From positions 1-35,301 of the forward strand of contig JAMOPB010000418.1 of the NCBI GenBank assembly GCA_027064945.1: a stretch of DNA of 35,301 bases. Direction: 5' to 3'. Positions 8,974 to 17,758 of the stretch are shown piece by piece. The translations under genes and the position numbers were made by a program. The notes below the pieces were generated by a model that worked only from the letters and a program-made list of their open reading frames with translations, was not told the DNA's origin and made no database searches. How positions within the stretch are numbered: position 1 is the first letter of the stretch; each line of letters starts with the position of its first letter. This stretch comes from Candidatus Cloacimonadota bacterium (GTDB lineage: Bacteria; Cloacimonadota; Cloacimonadia; Cloacimonadales; TCS61).

Positions 8974-10680
8974 ATGACTAAGAAAATTCAAGGATTGGCA
9001 ATTTCCGATGGAGTGGGAATTGGTAAAGCAATTGTTATTATTCCCCAAGAGATTGTTATTAATAAAGGAGAAATTTTACATAGTGAAGTAAGCTCTGAAC
9101 TTGAAAGATTTGAAAATAGCATACAGCATGCTTTGGATGAAATTGATCATTTGATCGAAAATTATGCTTATACTAAGAACAATCAAAACATCTTAAAAAC
9201 ACATAAAATGATTCTTAAAGATCCTGAATTTTATGAGAAAATAAAGAAATTAATCCAAGAGAATTTATACAATCTAGAACAAGCTGTAGATCAACATTTC
9301 AAAGGAGTTATCGAACTTTTTAGTAAAATGGATAATGAGTATATGGCAGAAAGAGCAAATGATTTTAAAGATGTTAAAAATCGTTTACTTTCCCACATTA
9401 CAAATCAAAAGTTAGATCAGATGATTAATGTTTGTTCCGAGAATATAGTTATTATGCCCGAAATCACACCATCAGAAATTACATCTGTATTTGATAAAAA
9501 TATTGCAGGTTTAATTACTGAAACCGGTAGCAAAACAGCCCATAGTTCAATTTTAGCAAGATCATTTGGCATTCCTGCTGTTAGTGGAATTGCTAATATA
9601 TCAAAAGAGATAGATGATGATTCTTTAGTAATTGTGGACGGCTACAAAGGTGAAGTTATCATTGAACCGGATGAGCAGATTTTAAAAGAATATCAAGCAA
9701 TAGTTGAAAAAGATAAAAGAGATAAAGGAAAATTAGAAAAGCTTATTGATCAAAAAGTTCAAACTCTTGATGGGAAAGTGATAAAATTAAAGTGCAATGT
9801 GGAAATTCCTGAAGAGATGCCTCAAGTTCAAAGAGTAAATGCAGACGGAATCGGATTGATGCGTACGGAATTTATTTTTCTCGATAAGGAAGAACTTCCT
9901 GACGAAGATGAACAATTCAATATTTATAAAAAAATTGTTGAGAAAATGGGCGATAGAGAAATTACAATTCGCACTATCGATGTGGGTGGAGATAAGCTTT
10001 CTAAAATTTTGAATTTTACGAAGGAGCAAAATCCTAATTTAGGATGTCGTGGTATCAGAGTTTCTCTTCTATATCCTGAAATATTTAAGGTTCAGATCAG
10101 AGCAATTCTTCGTGCCAATAAATATGGTAATATTGCAGTAATGTTCCCAATGGTTAGCTCAATAAGAGAGTTGCGTGAAGCTAAGAAAATTGTTCAAGAA
10201 TGTATCAATGAACTAGAAAATGAAAATATCGAATTTGATCCTAACATCAAAATTGGAATTATGATAGAAATTCCATCCGCTGCAATAAATTCAGATTTTT
10301 TTGCAAAAGAATGCGACTTTTTCAGTATTGGAACAAATGATCTTATTCAATATACTTTGGCTGTAGATCGTGGAAATGAGCATATTCATGAATATTTCCA
10401 ACCATTGAATCCGGCAGTTCTAAACTTAATTAACCTAACTATTGAAAATAGTCATAAGAATAATATTACTTCCGCTATTTGTGGTGAAATGGCAAGCGAG
10501 CGTAAGTTCACAGAGATACTTATTGGTATGGGGATTGATGAGTTAAGTGTTAGCCCGGGACAATTTTTAGCAGTTAAAGATAAAATTCTTTCAATTAATT
10601 ATAAGAAGGCAAAAAAAATTGCCGAACAAGTTTTACAAGCCGGCAATGTTGAAGAAATAGATAAAATTATCTCTTCCTAA
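8974..10680 (+). CDS. ptsI: PEP-protein phosphotransferase (PTS enzyme I)
   Basis: GSKTAHSSILARS (phospho-His), GIGLMRTEF, RTIDVGGDK, NPNLGCRGIR, MIEIP, SIGTNDLIQY, ICGEMAS. No N-terminal GAF domain, so not PtsP. Confidence 0.96.
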   Translation: MTKKIQGLAISDGVGIGKAIVIIPQEIVINKGEILHSEVSSELERFENSIQHALDEIDHLIENYAYTKNNQNILKTHKMILKDPEFYEKIKKLIQENLYNLEQAVDQHFKGVIELFSKMDNEYMAERANDFKDVKNRLLSHITNQKLDQMINVCSENIVIMPEITPSEITSVFDKNIAGLITETGSKTAHSSILARSFGIPAVSGIANISKEIDDDSLVIVDGYKGEVIIEPDEQILKEYQAIVEKDKRDKGKLEKLIDQKVQTLDGKVIKLKCNVEIPEEMPQVQRVNADGIGLMRTEFIFLDKEELPDEDEQFNIYKKIVEKMGDREITIRTIDVGGDKLSKILNFTKEQNPNLGCRGIRVSLLYPEIFKVQIRAILRANKYGNIAVMFPMVSSIRELREAKKIVQECINELENENIEFDPNIKIGIMIEIPSAAINSDFFAKECDFFSIGTNDLIQYTLAVDRGNEHIHEYFQPLNPAVLNLINLTIENSHKNNITSAICGEMASERKFTEILIGMGIDELSVSPGQFLAVKDKILSINYKKAKKIAEQVLQAGNVEEIDKIISS

Positions 10681-11657
10681 CTTTCTTTATCATCAATAAT
10701 ATTTTCTTTAGAAAATTCTTTTAAAACTTCTGCAAGAACCTCTTTTACGTCATTTTTACTCAAAAAAGTTGGTGGTGAAAGTTTAATTGCTTCACCAGTA
10801 TTCATAGATTTCTCAATTGTTATTTTTAAACTTTGAGTTGGAATTTCCGATATATTGGGAATATGACGATTTTCCAAAATTGAAACAATTGTAATTCCGC
10901 TTAGCATTATTACCCAAGTTGAATAGATCCAAAATAGAAAGATTGGTATTGATGCTAATACTCCCCAAACCAATTCAATATTTGTAAGATGAACTACATA
11001 CCAATTGAATAAAGATTTAAAGAGAATCCAAGTGATTGATGAGCATGCTGCCCCGATTATTATTGAACGAAATTTGACCTGCACAGTAGGAATATAGAAA
11101 AATCCAAAAGAAAAAATTGTGAACAATATAATCACAGGAGTAAGGTATAAGAGCAATCCTTGCAAAAATGGTACTTCAAAAAATGAAGCTAAAAATGGCA
11201 ATGATGTTGTAGAAAGAAGCACTAAAATTAGCAAAGATCCTAAAATTGTCATACCGAAGAATTTTACCAAGTTAGAAAAAAAATTTTTGGAATGAAATTC
11301 CTGAGCATTTAGGATTTTATCAAAAGTTGAATTGATAATTTGGAATAATGAATAAGAAGATATCACTAGTATTATAAAACTAAAGAGATTAAAAGGAATC
11401 TTCTTATTTGCTAATTGTTGTATATAATTATAGATTAAATCAGCAGAATCAGGTAGAAATATTTCTTTTATGCTGCTTGATATTTTAGTATTAATCTCTA
11501 GAAAAGGTAATTCAGGAAGAAAATATAATAAGAATATTATAAATGGTAATGATCCCAGCATCGTCACATATGTTAAAGCAGCAGACTCCTTTAAAATGCC
11601 ATCATTTTGTATTTTATTCCAAAAAACCGAAAGTGCTTTTATTGTTTTTTTTAACAT
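10677..11657 (-). CDS. YihY/BrkB family membrane protein
   Basis: SAALTYVTMLGSLPF, INSTFDKI, FFYIP, WGVLASIPIFLFWIYSTWVIMLSG, about 6 TM segments. ATG 11657 follows GAGG; GTG 11663 is an alternative start. Confidence 0.85.
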   Translation of the reverse strand: MLKKTIKALSVFWNKIQNDGILKESAALTYVTMLGSLPFIIFLLYFLPELPFLEINTKISSSIKEIFLPDSADLIYNYIQQLANKKIPFNLFSFIILVISSYSLFQIINSTFDKILNAQEFHSKNFFSNLVKFFGMTILGSLLILVLLSTTSLPFLASFFEVPFLQGLLLYLTPVIILFTIFSFGFFYIPTVQVKFRSIIIGAACSSITWILFKSLFNWYVVHLTNIELVWGVLASIPIFLFWIYSTWVIMLSGITIVSILENRHIPNISEIPTQSLKITIEKSMNTGEAIKLSPPTFLSKNDVKEVLAEVLKEFSKENIIDDKES

Positions 11658-11667
11658 AACCACCTCT

Positions 11668-12894
11668 CTAATCTACTCGCAATGCTGTAATTGGATCTAA
11701 TCTACTGGCAATGATTGCAGGAATTATTCCGGCTAATAATCCGACAAAAGCTGAAGAGAAAACAGCCATCAAAATAGTATTTAAATTCGCAATTAATTCT
11801 ATTCCTAAATATTTACTTGTTATATCTAAAATAGAAACTCCCATAACTAATCCAAGTAAGCCACCAATAAGCGAAACCAAGATAGTTTGCACTAAGAATT
11901 GAACAAAAATATCTCTTCGTCTTGCACCAAGAGCTATTCTTATGCCTATTTCTCTAGTCCGTTCTTTAATAGTTGCAAGCATAATATTAGAAACAACAAT
12001 TGCTCCTATGAAAAGAGAAATTGCCGAGATTAGCGTAAATACCAATTGGAATACCTTTCCGTTTTTTTCCATTGACTTAGCCTCTTCTGCAGCACTTTCA
12101 ACTACGAAGACAGGTTTACCTTTGCGCATGTTTAATAGGATGTTTTCGATTTTCACACCTAAAGCAGGAGCAGACTCAGCATCTTGAGCTTTAATTTTTA
12201 TTGAATGGATTTTATCTTCGCCGGTTCCTTTATTAATAAATGTAGTTAATGGTATAAAAGCAAAACGATTTAGATATGCTAAAGCATTATCATTCATTAA
12301 GTTATTTGAAGATTTCATATAGCGATAATCCATAATGCCAATAACTTCCAAGCGTCTTCCAAAAACAGTTATCAATTCTCCTATCGCTTTTTTATTTCCA
12401 AAAAGAACCTCTTTAACTTTCGACCCGATTACAATTACATCATTTACTTTATTTAGATCATAATTATTAATAAATCTTCCTTCGGCTACATTCCATTCTT
12501 CTATGCCGGTGTAATCTTCATTAACTCCAAAAATAGGAGCATAATATACTTTTTTCTTATATGAAAATTGTTTGTAACTTCTTAATGTCGGAGAAATAAA
12601 TTTTGCTTCAGGAATTTGAGATCTAAGAAAATTAAATTCCTTAAGATCAAAATATCTTTGTAAGTTAGGATACTCTTGATATTCTCGATTTCTATAAACA
12701 GATATTTTGGCTAAACCACCTCGCTCTTCCATCCAAGCTAAAGTTTGCTTATTTATCCCATTAATTATTGATGTAACAACTACTATGGATAATGTGCCTA
12801 AAACTATTCCTAAAATAACAATGAAACTTCTTAGTTTCCTAGACCAAAAATCTGAAAAGCCAACCGATAAACTTTCTTTAATTGAGATTGCCAT
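11668..12894 (-). CDS. MacB/FtsX-type ABC transporter permease
   Basis: KLRSFIVILGIVLG, periplasmic domain (GRFI, VIVIG, EVIGI), ISLFIGAIVVSNIMLATIKERTREIGIRIALGA, PAIIASRLDPITALR. Start placed at MAISI. Confidence 0.9.
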   Translation of the reverse strand: MAISIKESLSVGFSDFWSRKLRSFIVILGIVLGTLSIVVVTSIINGINKQTLAWMEERGGLAKISVYRNREYQEYPNLQRYFDLKEFNFLRSQIPEAKFISPTLRSYKQFSYKKKVYYAPIFGVNEDYTGIEEWNVAEGRFINNYDLNKVNDVIVIGSKVKEVLFGNKKAIGELITVFGRRLEVIGIMDYRYMKSSNNLMNDNALAYLNRFAFIPLTTFINKGTGEDKIHSIKIKAQDAESAPALGVKIENILLNMRKGKPVFVVESAAEEAKSMEKNGKVFQLVFTLISAISLFIGAIVVSNIMLATIKERTREIGIRIALGARRRDIFVQFLVQTILVSLIGGLLGLVMGVSILDITSKYLGIELIANLNTILMAVFSSAFVGLLAGIIPAIIASRLDPITALRVD

Positions 12895-13561
12895 TTGCAA
12901 TTTTCCCATCAACTATGTTAATTACTTTGTTAGCCTGCTTCGCAACGACAGGATCATGTGTAACCATTATCACTGTGTGACCTTGTTTGTGTAAATCTTT
13001 AAAAATACCGATAATATCTGCTCCGCTTGTTGTATCAAGATTTCCAGTAGGCTCGTCTGCCAAGATTAATGCAGGATTATTTACTATAGCGCGAGCTATT
13101 GCTACACGCTGACGCTGTCCGCCTGAAAGCTCACTTGGTTTGTGACGTAATCTATCTCCTAAACCAACATTAACTAAAACTTGCTTTGCAACAGATGCTC
13201 TTTTTTTAGGGCTAAAACCGGCATACATCAAGGGTAATTCCACATTTTTTTGTATATTCAAATGTGGTAATAAGTTGAATGTTTGGAAAACAAAACCGAT
13301 CTGTTTGTTTCTGATTTCTGCTAATTGACGTTTTTTTCTTTCATTTAGATCTATTCCATTTAAAAAATATTTGCCATCGGTAGGAGTATCTAAGCAGCCT
13401 AAAATGTGCATTAAAGTGGATTTTCCTGAACCACTAGGACCTATCACAGCTACAAATTCGCCTTTATTGATTTCAAGATCTATTCCTCGTAAGGCTGGTA
13501 CTATTATTTTTCCCATCTTATATTCTTTTGTTATATTGCTTATTGAAATTACTTTTTCCAT
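12878..13561 (-). CDS. LolD/MacB-type ABC transporter ATP-binding protein
   Basis: GPSGSGKST, IGFVFQTFNL, LSGGQRQRVAIARA, LADEPTGNLD, VTHD. Confidence 0.95.
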   Translation of the reverse strand: MEKVISISNITKEYKMGKIIVPALRGIDLEINKGEFVAVIGPSGSGKSTLMHILGCLDTPTDGKYFLNGIDLNERKKRQLAEIRNKQIGFVFQTFNLLPHLNIQKNVELPLMYAGFSPKKRASVAKQVLVNVGLGDRLRHKPSELSGGQRQRVAIARAIVNNPALILADEPTGNLDTTSGADIIGIFKDLHKQGHTVIMVTHDPVVAKQANKVINIVDGKIANGNLN

Positions 13562-13626
13562 TGTTTTTCCTTTATATAAAACTCTTATGAAAGATTTATG
13601 AATTTTAACATTAAAATAAACCGAAA

Positions 13627-13642
13627 TAACTAAGTTTAGTTA
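13627..13642. promoter_or_regulatory. Perfect 7-2-7 inverted repeat, candidate operator in the divergent ABC/aroA intergenic region
   Basis: TAACTAA-GT-TTAGTTA. Confidence 0.35.
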
Positions 13643-13810
13643 CTAAAATTATGCTTTTATTTTCCGTATCTATTTTAATGATTTTAGCTTGAATGAAATT
13701 TGATAAAATTTCCTAAAAGGCTGAGTGTGATAAATGATATGCAAAGTTTATTGTCAAAGAAAATTTGTTTATTGACGCATTAGAATTTAATTTTAAAAAA
13801 AGATAAAAAA

Positions 13811-15040
13811 TTGGAGTTATCAAAATTGCTAGAAAAAATTATTCGTGTTAATGGTTCAAAATCGGAAATTAATAGGATATTATTAATTTCTACATTCTTA
13901 GAAAAAGAGTTGAAAATCAATAATTTTTCAGATTGTGAAGACGTGGAAACACTGCTTTCAAATCTAATATCTCTCGGGTTTAATTTCAAGAGAAACCAGG
14001 GCAATTCAATAACAATAATTCCTAATAAATTAAAATCCGGCAAATTGTATATAAAAGATTCCGGAACAGCATTACGCTTTATAATTTCTCGTTTAGCCGT
14101 TTGTGAAAATGAAGAGTTTATTTTAGATTGTAGTGAACAATTAAAAAAAAGGCCGCATGAGATTTTAATAACAAGCCTGAAACAATTAGGAGCAGAATTA
14201 GATAATAATTTTCCCATGAAAATAACAGGGAAAAAGTTAACGGGTGGTATGATAAACGTTCAAGGAAATATCAGCAGTCAATTTATAAGTTCTCTATTAC
14301 TATTAGCTCCGGCATTTGAAGGTGGCTTGGAAATTGTTTTAAATGATAAAATTGTCTCAAAATCATATATTGATTTAACTATTGCCTTGATGGGAAAATT
14401 TGGTGTAAGTGTAAAGTGGGATAAGAATAAGATAATTGTGCCTAAGAACAGTAAGTATAAAAATCTTAGAGAATATTTTGTAGAACCTGATTATTCTACA
14501 TTATCCTATTTTTGGCTTTTGGCGGTGATATTGAAGAAGAATATTGTTACTCAAGGGAATCCCCAAAATAGTTTGCAAGCTGATTCAAAATTTATTCATA
14601 TTTTGGAAAGATTCGGAGCAAAAGTAAAATATCAGGAAGATTCACTGATAATCAATTGTGATAAGATCTTAGGTGGTAATGCCGATATGATTGATATGCC
14701 TGACCAGGTAATTAGTTTGGTGATTTTAGCTTTGTTCGCTGAAACTCCTATTTCAATTTCCGGAGTTGAACATTTAAAATTTAAAGAATCAGATAGAATC
14801 ACAAATCTTGTGAATGAACTTAGTAAATTAACTAAAATAAAATATGAGAATGAAATTTTAACTGTTTTTCCAATTAAGAAAATTCCCCAAGATGAGATTA
14901 TGCTAAGAACTTATAACGATCATCGGTTTGTAATGGCATTTTCTGTTTTACAAAAGAAGTTTGAATGGATTAAATTAGATAATATTGATGCAGTAAAAAA
15001 ATCTGCACCTGAATTTTGGAATGAATTAAAAAAAATATAA
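13811..15040 (+). CDS. aroA: 3-phosphoshikimate 1-carboxyvinyltransferase (EPSP synthase)
   Basis: GSKSEINR, DSGTALRF, LKKRP, ISSQFISSLL, EPDYS, DMPD, KESDRI, TYNDHR, VKKSAPEFW. The TTG start is uncertain. Confidence 0.92.
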   Translation: MELSKLLEKIIRVNGSKSEINRILLISTFLEKELKINNFSDCEDVETLLSNLISLGFNFKRNQGNSITIIPNKLKSGKLYIKDSGTALRFIISRLAVCENEEFILDCSEQLKKRPHEILITSLKQLGAELDNNFPMKITGKKLTGGMINVQGNISSQFISSLLLLAPAFEGGLEIVLNDKIVSKSYIDLTIALMGKFGVSVKWDKNKIIVPKNSKYKNLREYFVEPDYSTLSYFWLLAVILKKNIVTQGNPQNSLQADSKFIHILERFGAKVKYQEDSLIINCDKILGGNADMIDMPDQVISLVILALFAETPISISGVEHLKFKESDRITNLVNELSKLTKIKYENEILTVFPIKKIPQDEIMLRTYNDHRFVMAFSVLQKKFEWIKLDNIDAVKKSAPEFWNELKKI

Positions 15041-15058
15041 ATATTAAGGAAGATGAAG

Positions 15059-15976
15059 ATGAAAAAAATTATAATATTGATGGGTGGTTTTTCAGAAGAA
15101 AGAGAAGTTTCTTTAGTTACCGGTGAGCAAATTGCAAAAGAGCTAGAAAACATTTATCAGATTAAGAAAATTGATCCGAAAGAGTATAGCTCTTATCATC
15201 TTATGATGGAAGAAATTATAGAATTTGATCCAATGTTGGTTTTTATAGCTCTGCACGGAGCGGAAGGAGAAGATGGCAGAATTCAAGCATATTTATCATT
15301 GCATAATATAAAATTCACCGGTTCAGGATACAGAGCAAGTGCGCTTGCAATGGATAAAATAATCAGTTCTAAAATTGCCAAAAGTGTGGATGTGCCTGTA
15401 GCTAATAAAATTATATATGAAAAAAGTCACACGATAGATAAAGAAATAGCTTGCCAATTAGGTTTCCCTTTGGTAATCAAGCCAAATGAATCAGGTTCAT
15501 CTTTTGGAATATCAATTATTCACCATGAAAATGATATTGAAAATGCTATTGAGTTTGCTTTCAAATATAGTGATAAAATTATATGTGAACAATTTATTCC
15601 CGGAAGAGAATTAACTGTTACAATCATAGATAATGTTGCGTATCCTGTGGTAGAAGTAAAACCAAAATCCGGTTGGTATGATTATCAAAACAAATACACT
15701 AAAGGAAATACGATTTATGAAGTCCCTGCCAAACTTAGTGTAACGGAGGAGAAGGTTATTAAAGAATATGCTTTGAAAATATATAAAGCATTTGGATGCG
15801 AAATTTATTCAAGAGTAGATTTTCGTTATAATGGAGAAGAATTTTATTTTTTAGAAGTTAACACATTGCCGGGAATGACAGCCCTTAGCCTTACGCCTAT
15901 GGCTGCGAAAGAAGCAGGAATTTCTTTTGGTGATTTATTGAAAAAAATCATCGATTTGTCTATACTTAGATGCTAA
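15059..15976 (+). CDS. ddl: D-alanine--D-alanine ligase
   Basis: GGFSEEREVSL, ALHGAEGEDG, KPNESGSSFG, GRELTV, omega loop WYDYQNKY, SRVDF, LEVNTLPGMT. ATG 15059 fits the AGGA spacing better than 15053. Confidence 0.95.
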   Translation: MKKIIILMGGFSEEREVSLVTGEQIAKELENIYQIKKIDPKEYSSYHLMMEEIIEFDPMLVFIALHGAEGEDGRIQAYLSLHNIKFTGSGYRASALAMDKIISSKIAKSVDVPVANKIIYEKSHTIDKEIACQLGFPLVIKPNESGSSFGISIIHHENDIENAIEFAFKYSDKIICEQFIPGRELTVTIIDNVAYPVVEVKPKSGWYDYQNKYTKGNTIYEVPAKLSVTEEKVIKEYALKIYKAFGCEIYSRVDFRYNGEEFYFLEVNTLPGMTALSLTPMAAKEAGISFGDLLKKIIDLSILRC

Positions 15977-15989
15977 ACTAGGAGGATTT

Positions 15990-17084
15990 ATGAAGAATTT
16001 GTTTTTTATTTTTTTTGTGATAATGTCAGCATTTTGTTTTGCTGATATTGGAGATATTAGTGTTGTGCCGACATCAGGGCTTGTCTATAATAATATTGGT
16101 GCTAGTGCTTTTAATCTTGATGATCCGAATCAACAGCCGATTTTTTTTACAAGTATGATTTTCAATAATACTGATTCAGAAATTGAAAACTATAAATTGG
16201 AAATTTCGATGTATTGGCGTGATCAAATTGTAATTGAATCAATTACCGTAAGACCTAAACCGGGTTCTAGCTGGCAAGTTTTAGAACCAAATTCAAACCA
16301 GGTTTTAACTAATAGAGATATTATTGTAAACAATTCAAATGATTTTGTTGCGGAAACCGATTTGGATTTTGAAGAAATCAGAAGTAATGTTTCCGAATTT
16401 GATGATATTTTCCGAAAAACAGGCTTGATGCCGGATGGGGAGTATCGTTGGGATGTTCAATTTTTCGATGAAAATAATAATCCTCTTTCAAATCTCGTAT
16501 CATTTTCTTATATAATTGAAACTCCAATTGATATAATGCTTACAACTCCCGGCAGTCCGATTGGAAATGAAGTTTATTTTGCTTTAAGTAATCGTCCAAC
16601 TTTTGTTTGGTATTCAAATTTGAATAATTATACTCTAACAGTTTATGAAGTGGATGATGTTGTGGAAAATCCGGAAGATATTCTCACTAACAATCCAATT
16701 ATTGAAATTTCCGATATAGAAGCTAATTCTCTTACCTTTCCGGAGGAGTATGCAAGTTTGGAAGGTGGGAAAACTTATGCTTGGCGAGTGCAAGCAGAAA
16801 CGTTTGCGCCAGCAGGATTTTCTTCAGAGACCAAATATAGTAAATTTTATCTATTCAAAATAATGACAGATTCTGAAGAAGTAGCTGCTCAACAGCAATT
16901 AATTAATTTTATCCAACAATTAAATATTCCCCAAGCACAAGAATTAATAGATCTTTTCAATGCCGGCTATGCTCTGGATGAGATCAATTTTCAGGGGAGC
17001 AGTGTTTCCGCTGAAGATTTAATGGATATTCTTAATCAAATTCAACAAGGAACTCTTCGCGTAAAAAGCGTTAGAGTGGACTAA
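15990..17084 (+). CDS. Secreted hypothetical protein with Ig/FN3-like beta-sandwich domains
   Basis: AGGAGG ribosome-binding site, signal peptide ending AFCFA, PDGEYRWDVQF, RPTFVWY...YTLTVYE...LEGGKTYAWRVQA, Gln-rich helical C-terminus. Confidence 0.75.
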   Translation: MKNLFFIFFVIMSAFCFADIGDISVVPTSGLVYNNIGASAFNLDDPNQQPIFFTSMIFNNTDSEIENYKLEISMYWRDQIVIESITVRPKPGSSWQVLEPNSNQVLTNRDIIVNNSNDFVAETDLDFEEIRSNVSEFDDIFRKTGLMPDGEYRWDVQFFDENNNPLSNLVSFSYIIETPIDIMLTTPGSPIGNEVYFALSNRPTFVWYSNLNNYTLTVYEVDDVVENPEDILTNNPIIEISDIEANSLTFPEEYASLEGGKTYAWRVQAETFAPAGFSSETKYSKFYLFKIMTDSEEVAAQQQLINFIQQLNIPQAQELIDLFNAGYALDEINFQGSSVSAEDLMDILNQIQQGTLRVKSVRVD

Positions 17085-17093
17085 GGGGGCAAT

Positions 17094-17750
17094 ATGAAAA
17101 AGATTTTATTATCCTTAATTGTATTACTACTATTTTGCATAAATTTGAGTGCGTCAGTTGCAATTACTTTAAAAGCGGTTGGAGATGTTTCTTTAATTAG
17201 AGAAGAAAACGTTTCTAAAGCGGAAAATGGGACTGAATTAGAAAATAATGATCAACTTGAGACAAAGAAAAATTCCTATGCAGCAGTGAAATTTGTAGAT
17301 GGAAGCTCTGTAATAAAAGTTTTCCCAAATTCTGTTTTAACTATTAATGCAGAAGAGGGAGAAGATAAGAAATTAAATAAAAAAACTAATCTGAAAGTTG
17401 GGGAATTGTGGGCAAAAGTAACAAAAAAAACAGGTGGATTTGTAATTGATACGCCTACTACAGTAGTTTCCGTAAAAGGAACAAGCTTTAATGTTGATGT
17501 TGATGAAAATGGAATTACTGTTGTTAATACTTTTGAAGGCAGTGTAGAAATGAAAAATAAAAAAGATGGGAAATCTGCAATTATTGGTGCCGGAAAACAC
17601 GGAAGATCTAATGGTAGTGGTGATATTGAAGTATTAGATGGGAATACAACTCAAGAAGAGAAAAATGTCGATCCGGAAGTAAAAATCTTAGAAATCGAAT
17701 TAGAAAATTCCGAAGGTAATTCAAAAATAATAAAAATAGAGTTTGAGTAG
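17094..17750 (+). CDS. Secreted FecR-domain protein
   Basis: Signal peptide, VKFVDGSSVIKVFPNS, GELWAKV, FVIDTPTTVVSVKGTSFNV, VNTFEGSVEM. Confidence 0.88.
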   Translation: MKKILLSLIVLLLFCINLSASVAITLKAVGDVSLIREENVSKAENGTELENNDQLETKKNSYAAVKFVDGSSVIKVFPNSVLTINAEEGEDKKLNKKTNLKVGELWAKVTKKTGGFVIDTPTTVVSVKGTSFNVDVDENGITVVNTFEGSVEMKNKKDGKSAIIGAGKHGRSNGSGDIEVLDGNTTQEEKNVDPEVKILEIELENSEGNSKIIKIEFE

Positions 17751-17758
17751 GAGGTATT

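Noticed and set aside
13726-13741. CRP-like site TGTGA upstream of the operon containing the cyclase
   Set aside because: Only a half site; the second half reads ATATG rather than TCACA.
13811-15040. MurA identity, or glyphosate-resistance significance of GTALRF
   Set aside because: The motifs are EPSPS-type (SSQ, KESDR, DHR) and the MurA Cys loop is absent. Phe at the Pro101-equivalent position is common natural variation to my knowledge.
15059-15976. Van-type D-Ala-D-Lac ligase
   Set aside because: The omega loop YDYQNKY keeps the Tyr typical of D-Ala-D-Ala ligases, and there are no van genes nearby.
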